Assembly: GCA_017448545.1 (NCBI GenBank)
Contig: JAFSLH010000007.1
Span: 27,460-91,459 of the forward strand
Reading direction: 5' to 3'
Source of the DNA: Clostridia bacterium
GTDB taxonomy: Bacteria; Bacillota; Clostridia; Christensenellales; CAG-138
DNA: 64,000 bases
The translations under genes were made by a program, and so were the position numbers. Below the pieces are notes generated by a model that was not told where the DNA came from, did no database searches, and worked only from the letters and a program-made list of their open reading frames with translations. Positions 36,385-45,982 of this stretch are shown here, in pieces. The first letter of the stretch is position 1; each line of letters starts with the position of its first letter.

Positions 36385-37590
36385 ATGAGTCGATTTACGC
36401 GCCGCTTTGCGGTTTTACAGGGATTCTATTGGGTTTCCGCCTGCTTTGTGTATTCGTTTGCCGAACGGTATCTGACTGCGCACGGGTTTACCGTGCCGCA
36501 GGTCGGGCTGGTTCTGGCAAGCGCGAATGCGGCTGCGCTGTTGCTGCAGCCGCTGCTTGCCGCCCTCGCCGACCGGCCGAACGGGCTTTCGCTGAAGGCC
36601 GAACTGTGCGGCGGCGCCGCGCTCGCGATCGTGCTTGCGCTGCTGCTCTGCTTCCCGACGAACGTGCCCGTGCTCGTCGCCGTGCTGTTCTGCACGCTTT
36701 CGGCGGTGACGCTGGCGATCCAGCCGCTTTGCAACGCGGTCGGGATGGCGTATGTGGATCGGGGCGAACGGATCGATTACGCGCTCGGGCGCGGGATCGC
36801 GTCCGCAATTTTCGCCGTGTTCTGCTACGGGATGGGCTTCCTCGCGGAATGGAAAACGGACGCGCTGCTCTGGGTCTACGCGGCGGCGAACGTCGGTCTT
36901 GCCGTGACCGCGATCGTCTTTGCGCCAAAGAAGCGGGCCGACGTGAAGCCCGCCGACGTTTCGAGCGCGTCGGCGCTTTTGAAAAAGCACCCGTATCTTC
37001 GTCTGCTGCTGCCCGGCACCGTTCTGATCTTTGCGGTGCACAATTTCATCAACGCGTACATGCTGAGCATCGTTTCCGAGATCGGCTGCGGCACGCATGA
37101 AATGAGCGTCGGCATTGCGCTCGCCGCGCTCGTCGAGATCCCGACGATGGCCGGGTTCTCGCTTTTGCAAAAGCGGTTCCGGCTGAGTGGGCTCCTCATC
37201 GTTTCGTCGCTGGCCTTCCTCGTCAAAGTCCTCGTTCTGCTGCTGCCGATGTACCTGCATGCGGGGGTCTGGTCGGTCTACCTTTCGCAGGGCGTGCAGC
37301 TCATGGGCTACGCGATCTTCATTCCGGCCGTGTCGTTCTTTTTGAACGGGCGCATGGACGCGGGCGACAAGGTCAAGGGGCAGATGCTCGTCACCGAATC
37401 GCAGACGCTCGGCTGCATCCTCGGCCAGCTTGTCGGCGGGTTTGCGATCGCGTCGCTCGGGCTTCCGGCCACGACGCTGATCGGATGCGTTCTGACCGCC
37501 GCCGGCGCGGGACTGGTCGCGTTGGCGGTGCATCATCCCGGCCCGGACTTGCCCGCCGGTTGCGAAACAACCGAAAAAAACAACGGATAG
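36385..37590 (+). CDS. MFS transporter
   Basis: 401 aa with about 12 hydrophobic helices and MFS-like loop patterns. Preceded by a TTGCAA-17-TACAAT promoter-like sequence. Confidence 0.8.
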   Translation: MSRFTRRFAVLQGFYWVSACFVYSFAERYLTAHGFTVPQVGLVLASANAAALLLQPLLAALADRPNGLSLKAELCGGAALAIVLALLLCFPTNVPVLVAVLFCTLSAVTLAIQPLCNAVGMAYVDRGERIDYALGRGIASAIFAVFCYGMGFLAEWKTDALLWVYAAANVGLAVTAIVFAPKKRADVKPADVSSASALLKKHPYLRLLLPGTVLIFAVHNFINAYMLSIVSEIGCGTHEMSVGIALAALVEIPTMAGFSLLQKRFRLSGLLIVSSLAFLVKVLVLLLPMYLHAGVWSVYLSQGVQLMGYAIFIPAVSFFLNGRMDAGDKVKGQMLVTESQTLGCILGQLVGGFAIASLGLPATTLIGCVLTAAGAGLVALAVHHPGPDLPAGCETTEKNNG

Positions 37591-37654
37591 GCGATTCCCG
37601 ATCCGTCGGGACTATGGTATACTGATTTTACTGCAACAAAGAAGGAGCGAACAG

Positions 37655-39043
37655 ATGATTCAGGATCGATTGAGCGACAAGAAAGCGTTGTTTGCCGCGC
37701 GCGCCAATACGGAGCTGCGGGCGCAGCGAAACACGAGACGGGTCGCCGTTCTGCTGAACGGCAATCTGGTCAACAACGTGCGGACGGAGCAGTTCGGCGT
37801 ATCCGCGCGCGTCTATGAAAACGGCGTATACGGCTTCTCCTCCACCGCGGAATACACCGACGAAACGGTCAAGGCCGTTCTGAAAGCGGCGTCCGAAAAC
37901 GCGGCGTTCCTCTCCGCGCACGCGGGCCGCGGCAAAGGGCCGCATCCGCATCTTATGCCGGGGCGCATCGTGACCGCGACGGACCTAAGCGACCCGGAGC
38001 AGCGCGCCTACATTGAATTCATTCAGGCGATCGACCGCTACGTCGCCGCAAAGTACCCCGATCTGATCAGCCACACCGCGGTCGCGATGAGCGATTCGAT
38101 GGAAAAGCTGCTCGTCGTCAGCGACGGTACGGACGGGCACTCCATCCTGCCGCGCAGCTATCTCTACGTCACGATGAGCGCGGCCGGGCAGGACGGAAAG
38201 CCGATCGAGCTGCACCGCGTGATCGGCGGCGGGTACGGTGCTTTTACGCAGAACTACGATAACCCCGAAGCCTGCTATGCCGAGATCGACGAGCTTTATG
38301 AGCGCGTCCGCCGCAAGACGGAGGGCGTTTACCCCGAAGCGGGCAACAAGACCGTCATCCTCGGCGGCACGCTGTCCGGCATGCTCGCGCATGAAGCGGT
38401 CGGGCATACGGTGGAGGCCGACCTCGTGATCGGCGGTTCCGTCGCGGGCCCGAACCTGCATAAGCGCGTCGGCTCCGACCTTGTGAACCTCGTCGACTTT
38501 GCGCACACGGCGTTCGGCAAGCCGACGCCGCTGCCGATCTATGTGGACGACGAAGGCGTCGCCGCGACCGACGCGGAGCTGATCAAAAACGGTATCCTGG
38601 TCGGCTACATGAACAACCGGGAGAGCGCGGAGCGGTTCGGCATGACCCCGAACGGAAACGCGCGCGCGTTCCTGTTCTCCGACGAGCCGCTGATCCGGAT
38701 GCGCAACACCGCGGTGCTGCCCGGCACGTCGAAGCTCAGCGACATGATCGCTTCGATCGACGACGGCTACTATCTACTCGACACGAACAACGGGCAGGCG
38801 GACACGACCGGCGAATTCATGTTCGGCGTGACGTTCGGCTATGAGATCAAAAAAGGCAAGCTCGGGCGCGCGCTGCTGGACACGACGATTTCCGGCGTGG
38901 CGTTCGATATGCTCAAGACCGTGGACATGGTTTCCGACGAAATGGTCTGGGCAAGCTCCGGCATGTGCGGCAAAAAGCAGCCGATGCCCGTCGGCATGGG
39001 CGGCCCCGCGCTGAAGTGCCGCGTCAACATCGGCGGACGGTAA
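37655..39043 (+). CDS. TldD/PmbA-family metallopeptidase (TldD-like)
   Basis: 462 aa. HEAVGHTVE (HExxxH) motif and C-terminal GxC..GMCGK..Q..PVG block characteristic of TldD. Confidence 0.85.
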   Translation: MIQDRLSDKKALFAARANTELRAQRNTRRVAVLLNGNLVNNVRTEQFGVSARVYENGVYGFSSTAEYTDETVKAVLKAASENAAFLSAHAGRGKGPHPHLMPGRIVTATDLSDPEQRAYIEFIQAIDRYVAAKYPDLISHTAVAMSDSMEKLLVVSDGTDGHSILPRSYLYVTMSAAGQDGKPIELHRVIGGGYGAFTQNYDNPEACYAEIDELYERVRRKTEGVYPEAGNKTVILGGTLSGMLAHEAVGHTVEADLVIGGSVAGPNLHKRVGSDLVNLVDFAHTAFGKPTPLPIYVDDEGVAATDAELIKNGILVGYMNNRESAERFGMTPNGNARAFLFSDEPLIRMRNTAVLPGTSKLSDMIASIDDGYYLLDTNNGQADTTGEFMFGVTFGYEIKKGKLGRALLDTTISGVAFDMLKTVDMVSDEMVWASSGMCGKKQPMPVGMGGPALKCRVNIGGR

Positions 39044-39056
39044 GGAGGAACGAACC

Positions 39057-40358
39057 ATGATCGAAACATTGAAGCAAACCGCATTAAAAGCGCTCGCCGC
39101 GCTGACCGAAGCCGGAGCCGACAAGGGGCTTTGCTCGGTGCAGTACAAGATTACGCACGAATTCAACGTGGACGGCGGGGAATTCAGTCTGTTCCGCACG
39201 CTGTTCGACAAGCAATTGAAGCTGAACGCCGTCGCGGGCGGCCGCAAGGGCACCGTCACCCAAAACCGGTACGACGACGAAACGCTGCGCTCCGCCGCGG
39301 CGACGTGCCTTTCGGCAGCCGAATCCGCCGAGCCGGACGAGAACTGGGACTTCGCGCCCATGGCGGAAAACACCGACGTGACGCGCGGCGCGACCGATCC
39401 CGACCTCGACCGGCTGTTCTTCCGCTGCAAGGAGCTTCTGGAGCAGGTGAAAGAGCGGTTCCCGAAGGTCATGATCGAACAGTTCGTCGTTTCGCACGAA
39501 GAAATCTTCCACGTCGTCGCCGACACCTGCGGCGTTCTGCACAGCACGCACGAAGGGTCCTATACGCTGATCATGATGTACAGCGGGCATGAAGGGGATC
39601 GCGCGTCGTCGTTTATGATCAGCACCGCGCAGACGGCGGACCTCGATCGGCCGCTGATCGAACTTGCCTCGATCGAGCACGACCTCGCAAGCGCCGAAAA
39701 ACAGATCGACACGGTCAATCCGAGCGGCAAGTTCGAAGGTACGATGGTGCTGACGCCCGACTGCGTCAGCGATCTCCTTGGCTCCCTGCTGATGCAGTTT
39801 GCGGGCGAAGACGGCCTTCTGAACGGCACGAGCCCGTGGAAAGACAAGCTCCATCAGCCGGTGGCCGACGAGCGCATCACGATCGGTCTTGCGCCGCTGG
39901 ACGAGCGCATCGTTTGCGGCAAGCGCGTCACGGAGGAGGGCTTTGTCGCCGAAAACTTCGATATCATCCATAACGGCCGGCTCAACGCGTTTGCGCTCGG
40001 GCTGTACGCCGCGAACAAGCTGCACCTGCCGCGCGGAAAGAACGACAGCTACAACATGGTCATGGCGCCCGGCGACAAGCCGCTCGACGAGATCATCGCT
40101 TCGATCGACCGCGGCATCCTCGTCGGTCGGTTCTCCGGCGGCAAACCGGCGTCGAACGGCGACTTCTCCGGCGTGGCGAAAAACAGCTTCCTGATCGAAA
40201 ACGGCAAGGTCGGCGCGGCCCTGTCCGAAACGATGATCAGCGGCAACCTCGCCGATATGCTCTTCCGGCTGCGCGGCGTTTCCGCCGAACAGGTGCAGAG
40301 CGGCTATACCGTCCTGCCGTACGCCGCCTTCGACGGCATCACGATCTCCGGCAAGTAA
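39057..40358 (+). CDS. TldD/PmbA-family protein (PmbA/TldE-like, no HExxxH)
   Basis: 433 aa. PmbA_TldD-type C-terminal region. Directly downstream of the TldD-like gene. Confidence 0.8.
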   Translation: MIETLKQTALKALAALTEAGADKGLCSVQYKITHEFNVDGGEFSLFRTLFDKQLKLNAVAGGRKGTVTQNRYDDETLRSAAATCLSAAESAEPDENWDFAPMAENTDVTRGATDPDLDRLFFRCKELLEQVKERFPKVMIEQFVVSHEEIFHVVADTCGVLHSTHEGSYTLIMMYSGHEGDRASSFMISTAQTADLDRPLIELASIEHDLASAEKQIDTVNPSGKFEGTMVLTPDCVSDLLGSLLMQFAGEDGLLNGTSPWKDKLHQPVADERITIGLAPLDERIVCGKRVTEEGFVAENFDIIHNGRLNAFALGLYAANKLHLPRGKNDSYNMVMAPGDKPLDEIIASIDRGILVGRFSGGKPASNGDFSGVAKNSFLIENGKVGAALSETMISGNLADMLFRLRGVSAEQVQSGYTVLPYAAFDGITISGK

Positions 40359-40394
40359 GGGAAACAGGCATGACACAAAGCGATGATCGTCAAA

Positions 40395-40439
40395 GTGAAT
40401 TCACAAGAGGCTGTTCAAACACGCATTGAACAGCCTCTT
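40395..40439. repeat. Intergenic repeat cluster R6 (B fragment plus A variant)
   Basis: GTGAATTCAC AAGAGG CTGTTCAAACACGCATTGAACAG CCTCTT. Confidence 0.75.
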
Positions 40440-40443
40440 TTGC
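40405..40443 (+). terminator. Hairpin terminator after the PmbA-like gene (built from repeat module A variant)
   Basis: AAGAGGCTGTTCAA-ACACGCA-TTGAACAGCCTCTT followed by TTGCTTT. Confidence 0.55.
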
Positions 40444-40457
40444 TTTGGTTTTCTGTT

Positions 40458-42293
40458 TCAGAATTCCCCGAACCGGCGCGTGCAGTAGTACAGCGCCTGC
40501 AGGGCGGGGCGGATTTCGGCGACAAGCGTGCCGCGATAGGTGGACGTGATCGTCGTCGAGTGGATGACGGTGTTGTTGCCGAGATAGACCATGATGTGGC
40601 CGACGTTCGTGTGCTTGCTGTTCATTAAGAACACCAGATCGCCGCGCTCCAAAAGCGCAAGCTCGTCCCTGCGCTCCTCGAGCCGCCCGAGCATGTTCAG
40701 CGGGATCGTCACGCCGTACGTTTCCCAATAGATCGAATCCGTGTTCGCAAGACCGGCGGCGGTCGTTTCGCCTTCGTCCATGTCCATATACAGCGGATGG
40801 CTCTCGTACAGCCGGAACCCGAGCGAGCCGAGCGACCAGCACACGATGCCGGAGCAGTCATAGGCGCGATCGCCGAGCCGCTGGCCGTTGCTGTACGGCG
40901 TGCCGAGCCGGTCGTAGATGTTCGAAATCATCGTTTCGATCAGCAGGGCGCGTAAATCGGTCACTTCCGTCTGTACGCGGCGCGCCGAATCGAAGTAGGC
41001 GCCGTACTCCGAAGCGGAAGCGAACACGCCCTCGATGAGCGTCACCGTGCCGTCCACGACGGTCATCATGCTGTCGCCGCCGAGATAGACGCCGCAGGTC
41101 GTGACGTAGCCGGAATATTTGCCGCGGAACACGACGCGCGCATTCGCCTCGATCGGCTTGTCCTTTGCGCCGTACGCCGTGAAGAACAGCAGGTCGCCCG
41201 GTTCGAGCGACGCCGCATCGTCGAGATACAGCCACTGCGTGCGCTCGCCGTCGTACGTCACGTTCCAGCCGCTCGTATTGAACAGCTTGAACCCGAGCGA
41301 ATTGTAGACCGCGTCGGTATACAGCCGCGGGTAATACGTCTTGTTCGTCAGCGGCTTCTGATACAGTTCGTAGTAATACGGATCGAACCGGAACCCGAGC
41401 GCCCGCAGCGTGTCGTACACAAACTCTGCGTCGGACGCGGCTTCTTCGCCCTCGGCTTCCCGCGCCCGCGTGACGAATGCGTCCGCACTGTACAGCAGCT
41501 CCGGCGTTTCCTCGTTCGCACGGAACGCGGCCCCGAGCGCTTCCGCATTGCTTTCGGAAACGACCGACGCCTGCACATACCCGATCACGCCGTCGTCGGT
41601 GAGAATCAGCGCAAAGCTGTCGTTCTGCCCGGCGAGCCCGAGCACGCGCACGGCGGTATAGCTGCGCCGCGCAACCGGCGTCGCATAGCCGAGATGCGGA
41701 AGATTCCAGATGATGGTGTTCTGCCGGCCGAGGAACCCGAGCCAGCTGTGTTTGCCGCCGAGCGTCCGGCTTTCGGTCACGTCCGCCGCGCGCACATAGC
41801 CCTCTTCGCCGGTTTTCAGATACAGCACCGGCAAAAACGCCTCGTCCGCCGCGTCAGGATCGAGCAGCAGAAAGCTGCGCTGATCCGGGTACGTCGACGA
41901 CGACTTGATCACCGTCGCGTCCGCATCGGCGTCCGGCGCTTTATAGAACCGGATCGAAGTGCTGCGCATTTCGTACACGGTCACCGTTTCCGCGTTCATC
42001 TGCAGCGTTTCTTCGGCGGGATGCGGCGTCGGAACGGGGGTCGGGGACGGCGTGGGCGTGGGCGACGGCGTGGGGGACGGCGTCGGCGTCGGGGACGGCG
42101 TCGGCGACGGGGTCGGCGTCGGAACGGGCGTCAGCTCCACAACGATCGGCTGCGGCGTTTTTGCGATCGGTTCGACCGATTGCACCGGCGCTTCCGTTTG
42201 CGGCGCGACCGTTTCTGCGGTTTGCGCCGTGCCGACGCAGCCGACCAGCAGCAGCGCCGAAAGCGCGCCGAGCGCAAGAACACAACGCTTCAT
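40458..42293 (-). CDS. Secreted lipoprotein with Pro/Thr/Ser linker, SH3-like region and NlpC/P60 (C40) cell-wall hydrolase domain(s)
   Basis: Track ORF 40458..42836, trimmed to ATG 42293 (MKRCVLALGALSALLLVGC lipobox). C-terminal DCSGIVCWSL ... GHIMVYLG ... H pattern of C40 peptidases. Confidence 0.8.
   Translation of the reverse strand: MKRCVLALGALSALLLVGCVGTAQTAETVAPQTEAPVQSVEPIAKTPQPIVVELTPVPTPTPSPTPSPTPTPSPTPSPTPTPSPTPVPTPHPAEETLQMNAETVTVYEMRSTSIRFYKAPDADADATVIKSSSTYPDQRSFLLLDPDAADEAFLPVLYLKTGEEGYVRAADVTESRTLGGKHSWLGFLGRQNTIIWNLPHLGYATPVARRSYTAVRVLGLAGQNDSFALILTDDGVIGYVQASVVSESNAEALGAAFRANEETPELLYSADAFVTRAREAEGEEAASDAEFVYDTLRALGFRFDPYYYELYQKPLTNKTYYPRLYTDAVYNSLGFKLFNTSGWNVTYDGERTQWLYLDDAASLEPGDLLFFTAYGAKDKPIEANARVVFRGKYSGYVTTCGVYLGGDSMMTVVDGTVTLIEGVFASASEYGAYFDSARRVQTEVTDLRALLIETMISNIYDRLGTPYSNGQRLGDRAYDCSGIVCWSLGSLGFRLYESHPLYMDMDEGETTAAGLANTDSIYWETYGVTIPLNMLGRLEERRDELALLERGDLVFLMNSKHTNVGHIMVYLGNNTVIHSTTITSTYRGTLVAEIRPALQALYYCTRRFGEF
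42021..42131. repeat. Low-complexity coding repeat encoding the (T/S)P linker of the NlpC/P60 lipoprotein
   Basis: Plus strand shows reiterated GGGGACGGCGT(G/C)GGCGT units that translate on the minus strand to TPSPTPSPTPTPSPTP. Confidence 0.8.
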
Positions 42294-42363
42294 CCTTCTC
42301 CCTTTCCGAACCCGCCGAACCGGCGGCGTTTCTTTTTGATTTCCCGATTTGCAGGGTATTCCC

Positions 42364-42392
42364 ATTATAGAAGCGCGCAAATCGCGTGTCAA
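42364..42392 (-). promoter_or_regulatory. Consensus sigma-A promoter of the NlpC/P60 lipoprotein gene
   Basis: Minus strand TTGACA (42387-42392), 17 bp, TATAAT (42364-42369). Confidence 0.6.
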
Positions 42393-42442
42393 GGAACGCT
42401 TTGCGCGCGGTTGTAACAAAATCGTCAATTCTTTATGAACGG

Positions 42443-43549
42443 TTATTGCAGCTTTAGGTCGCCGTCCTTGATCCAGCCGAGCTTGCGGAACAACAATCCG
42501 ATCGCCCAGCACAGCACGGCGGGCAGCACGATGCAGACCAGCGCAAGGCCGATCCAGTGCATCGCGGTCGGCGTGATCGCAACGGCGCCGTTTTCGAGCG
42601 CGGCGGCGGACGGATTCGTCCAGCCGGTCCAGACGCCGATCGGGCCGCAGAGGCCGCAGGTTCCCATGCCGGAATTGACCGCCGCACCGTTCATCTCGAG
42701 CCGGAACAGGCACGTTGCGATCGGGCCGGTGATCGCGCTCGTCAGGATCGGCGGCAAAAACACGAGCGGGTTCTTGACGATATTGCCCATCTGCAGCATC
42801 GACGTGCCGAGCCCCTGGCTCACGAGCCCGCCCCATTTGTTCTCGCGGAACGACATGACGGCAAACCCGACCATCTGCGCGCAGCAGCCGGCCACCGCCG
42901 CGCCGCCGGCCAGACCGGTCAGCGACAGCGCGGCGCAGATCGCCGCCGAGGAAACCGGCAGCGTCAGCAGCACGCCGACGATCACGGAAACCAGAATGCC
43001 CATCCAGAACGGCTGCAGCTCGGTCGCGAGCATAATCAGCTGCCCGAGCCAGCTTGCCGCCTTGCCGATCGGCGCGGCGATCAGGTACGCGAGACCGATG
43101 CCGGACAGGATCGTCACGAGCGGCGTCACGAGGATATCGACCTTCGTTTCCTTGGAAACGACCTTGCCGAGCTCCGACGAAACGATCGCGACGACCAGAA
43201 CCGCGAGCGGGCCGCCCGCGCCGCCGAGCGCGTTTGTGGCGATGCCGACCGGAACGAGCGAAAACAGGACGAGCGGCGGCGCCGAAAGCGCATAGCCGAT
43301 CGCGACCGCCATCGCCGGGCCGACCATGGCCGAAGCGAGGCCGCCGATCGTATACGGCGTGCCGTTGACCGTCGCGACCGTCGCCGTCAGAAAACCGATG
43401 TGGAACTGCGTGCCGAGCGTGTTCAGAATCGTGCCGATCAGCAGCGTGCAGAACAGGCCCTGCGCCATCGCGCTCATCGCGTCCACAAGGTACCGCTTCA
43501 CGGAAATCTCAATGTTCTTCCGTTTCAAAAACGCCTTGAATTTTTGCAT
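42443..43549 (-). CDS. PTS EIIC-like membrane protein (PTS_EIIC_2-type)
   Basis: 368 aa. N-terminus MQKFKAFLKRKNIEISVKRYLVDAMSAMAQGLFCTLLIGTIL resembles the stand-alone PTS IIC-like family. About 10 TM helices. No EIIA/EIIB genes nearby. Confidence 0.65.
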   Translation of the reverse strand: MQKFKAFLKRKNIEISVKRYLVDAMSAMAQGLFCTLLIGTILNTLGTQFHIGFLTATVATVNGTPYTIGGLASAMVGPAMAVAIGYALSAPPLVLFSLVPVGIATNALGGAGGPLAVLVVAIVSSELGKVVSKETKVDILVTPLVTILSGIGLAYLIAAPIGKAASWLGQLIMLATELQPFWMGILVSVIVGVLLTLPVSSAAICAALSLTGLAGGAAVAGCCAQMVGFAVMSFRENKWGGLVSQGLGTSMLQMGNIVKNPLVFLPPILTSAITGPIATCLFRLEMNGAAVNSGMGTCGLCGPIGVWTGWTNPSAAALENGAVAITPTAMHWIGLALVCIVLPAVLCWAIGLLFRKLGWIKDGDLKLQ

Positions 43550-43564
43550 GGTTTCCTCCCGGAA

Positions 43565-45979
43565 TTATTCGTCGCGATACCCGGCGACGATATCGTCGTC
43601 GAGCACGACCGGCACCAGCAGCTCGCCCTTGCCCGCCTTGGGCTGGATATGGATCTGCTCGGTGTCGATCACGGTCTTCGCGCCGTGCCGCTGTTCGAGC
43701 GCGAGCGCATACGGTTCGGTCACCGTGCCGACGAACGCAAGCAGCGTTCCGTTCGACCCGTTCTTCTTGAAATCAAACGTTTTCACGCCCTTGCCGTTCC
43801 GGCCCTGCACTTCGTAATCGAACAGGAAGCTGCGCTTGCCGAAGCCGCGGTCGGAAACGGTAATCAGTTCGCCCTCGTCGTTGGTCTCGGCGGCGAAGCA
43901 GACGGCGTCCTTCGGCTCCAGCTTGATCGCGCCGACGCCGGACGCGGTTCGTCCGGTCAGCGGAACGGTCTCCGCCGCGAACCGGATGCTCATGCCGAGC
44001 CGCGTGACGAGCAGGATGCTCTGCCCGCCGGCTTTCCAAACCCGCAGCAGCCGGTCCTTTTCCTTCAGGCCGATCGCGGCGGTGCGCTTCGTGCGGACGC
44101 GGAATTCCTCCGCGGCGGTGCGCTTGATCATGCCGTTTGCGGTCGCGAGCAGGTATTCGCCCTCCGCGGCCTCGTCGATCATGTCGATGACCTTCTCGCC
44201 CTTTTCCATTTCCAGCAGCGAAACGAGGTTCGTCGCCTTCTGCGTCGCCCGCGTTTCGGGAATATCGCTCACCCTGAGCTGCAGCAGTTCGCCGCGGTCG
44301 GTAAAGAGCCGCAGCGCGCCGTCGCCCGGCAGCGACACGGAAACGATCGGCCGCTCCGCCCTGATCTGCGCGGCGTTATAGAGCCGCGTCGGGGTCTTGC
44401 GGAGCTTGCCTTCCGCAAGCAGTGTCACGGTCATGTCCTCGGCCGGGGCGGCTTCCTCCGCCGGCGCTTCGATCGAAACGTCCCCGGCGATGATCGCGGT
44501 GCGGCGCTTCCCGTCGAACAGGGCGCGCACCTCCGTCAGTTCCTTCTTAATGAGGTTGGCCAGCTTCTTATCCGACGCAAGGATCGCTTCGAGCTCCGCG
44601 ATCCGCTTTTTCGTTTCCTTATATTCGCGCTCGATCGACAGCAGTTCGAGACTCGTCAGCTTTTGCAGCCGCAAATCCAGAATCGCCTGCGCCTGCACTT
44701 CGGTCAGCGAGAACTCGCGCATCAGTCCTTCGCGCGCTTCCTTCGGCGACTTCGACGCGCGAATCAGCTTGATCACGCGGTCGAGGTTGTTCACGGCGAC
44801 CATCAGGCCTTCCAGAATGTGGCAGCGCTTTTTGGCGATCTCCAGTTCGGTGATCGTGCGGCGCGTCGTAACCTCGCGCTGGTGCCGGATGTAGTGCCCA
44901 AGAATCTCCTTGAGGTTCATCTGCTGCGGCTTGCCGTTCGCGATCGCGACGTAGTTCGCGCCGAACGTGCATTGCAGGTCGGAATACTTGAACAGCAGCT
45001 GCAGCAGCTTTTCCGGGTCGCCGTCCTTTTTGACCTCGATGACCGCGCGCGTTCCGGTGCGGTCGCTTTCGTCCCGGATATCCGACACGGCGGCGAACAT
45101 CGCTTTCTTTTCCTGCGTGATCTGCAGAATCTTTTCGAGGCACGACGCCTTGTTCACCGTGAACGGGAACTCGTCGATGACGATCCGCGTCTTGCCGTTT
45201 TTGACGTCCTCAAAATGTGTTTTGGCGCGCATCGTCAGCTTGCCGCGCCCGGTTTCGTACGACCGCGCGATCTCCTCGGAGTCGATCAGGTACCCGCCGG
45301 TCGGGAAATCCGGCGCGGGCAGGATCTTCATCAGCTCGGGGATCGTGATCTTCGGGTTGTCGATCTGCGCGATGACCGCGTCGATCGCTTCAACCGGGTT
45401 GTGCGGCGGAATGTTCGTCGCAAGGCCGACCGCGATGCCGCTTGCGCCGTTGACGAGCAGGTTCGGGAACCGGCCCGGCAGCAGTTCGGGTTCCTTCATC
45501 GTATCGTCGAAGTTCCACGCAAACGGCACGGTGTCCTTTTCGATGTCCTTGAGGAGCAGCATGGCCGCGTCGGTCATGCGCGCTTCGGTGTAACGCATCG
45601 CCGCGGCGGTGTCGCCGTCCACCGAGCCGAAATTGCCGTGCCCGTCCACGAGGCACACGCCCATGTTGAACGGCTGCGCCATGCGCACGAGCGCATCGTA
45701 GACCGAGCTGTCGCCGTGCGGATGGTATTTGCCGAGACAGTCGCCGACGATACGCGCGCACTTGCGGTGCGGCTTATCCGGCGTATTGCCGAGCTCCAGC
45801 ATCGTATACAGGATGCGGCGCTGAACCGGCTTCAATCCGTCCTCGACGCGCGGCAGGGCGCGTTCCAGAATGACGTGCTCCGCGTAGGGCATCATCGAAT
45901 TGTGCATGACCTCGTCCATGCTGACGTGCAGAATCGTTTCGGTCGGCGGCGGGGTCGAAGGTTTCTTAGTCGTTGCCAT
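43565..45979 (-). CDS. gyrA: DNA gyrase subunit A
   Basis: 804 aa. Active-site region AAMRYTE, GKYHPHGDSSVYDA (QRDR) and C-terminal beta-pinwheel repeats. Confidence 0.96.
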   Translation of the reverse strand: MATTKKPSTPPPTETILHVSMDEVMHNSMMPYAEHVILERALPRVEDGLKPVQRRILYTMLELGNTPDKPHRKCARIVGDCLGKYHPHGDSSVYDALVRMAQPFNMGVCLVDGHGNFGSVDGDTAAAMRYTEARMTDAAMLLLKDIEKDTVPFAWNFDDTMKEPELLPGRFPNLLVNGASGIAVGLATNIPPHNPVEAIDAVIAQIDNPKITIPELMKILPAPDFPTGGYLIDSEEIARSYETGRGKLTMRAKTHFEDVKNGKTRIVIDEFPFTVNKASCLEKILQITQEKKAMFAAVSDIRDESDRTGTRAVIEVKKDGDPEKLLQLLFKYSDLQCTFGANYVAIANGKPQQMNLKEILGHYIRHQREVTTRRTITELEIAKKRCHILEGLMVAVNNLDRVIKLIRASKSPKEAREGLMREFSLTEVQAQAILDLRLQKLTSLELLSIEREYKETKKRIAELEAILASDKKLANLIKKELTEVRALFDGKRRTAIIAGDVSIEAPAEEAAPAEDMTVTLLAEGKLRKTPTRLYNAAQIRAERPIVSVSLPGDGALRLFTDRGELLQLRVSDIPETRATQKATNLVSLLEMEKGEKVIDMIDEAAEGEYLLATANGMIKRTAAEEFRVRTKRTAAIGLKEKDRLLRVWKAGGQSILLVTRLGMSIRFAAETVPLTGRTASGVGAIKLEPKDAVCFAAETNDEGELITVSDRGFGKRSFLFDYEVQGRNGKGVKTFDFKKNGSNGTLLAFVGTVTEPYALALEQRHGAKTVIDTEQIHIQPKAGKGELLVPVVLDDDIVAGYRDE

Positions 45980-45982
45980 AGC

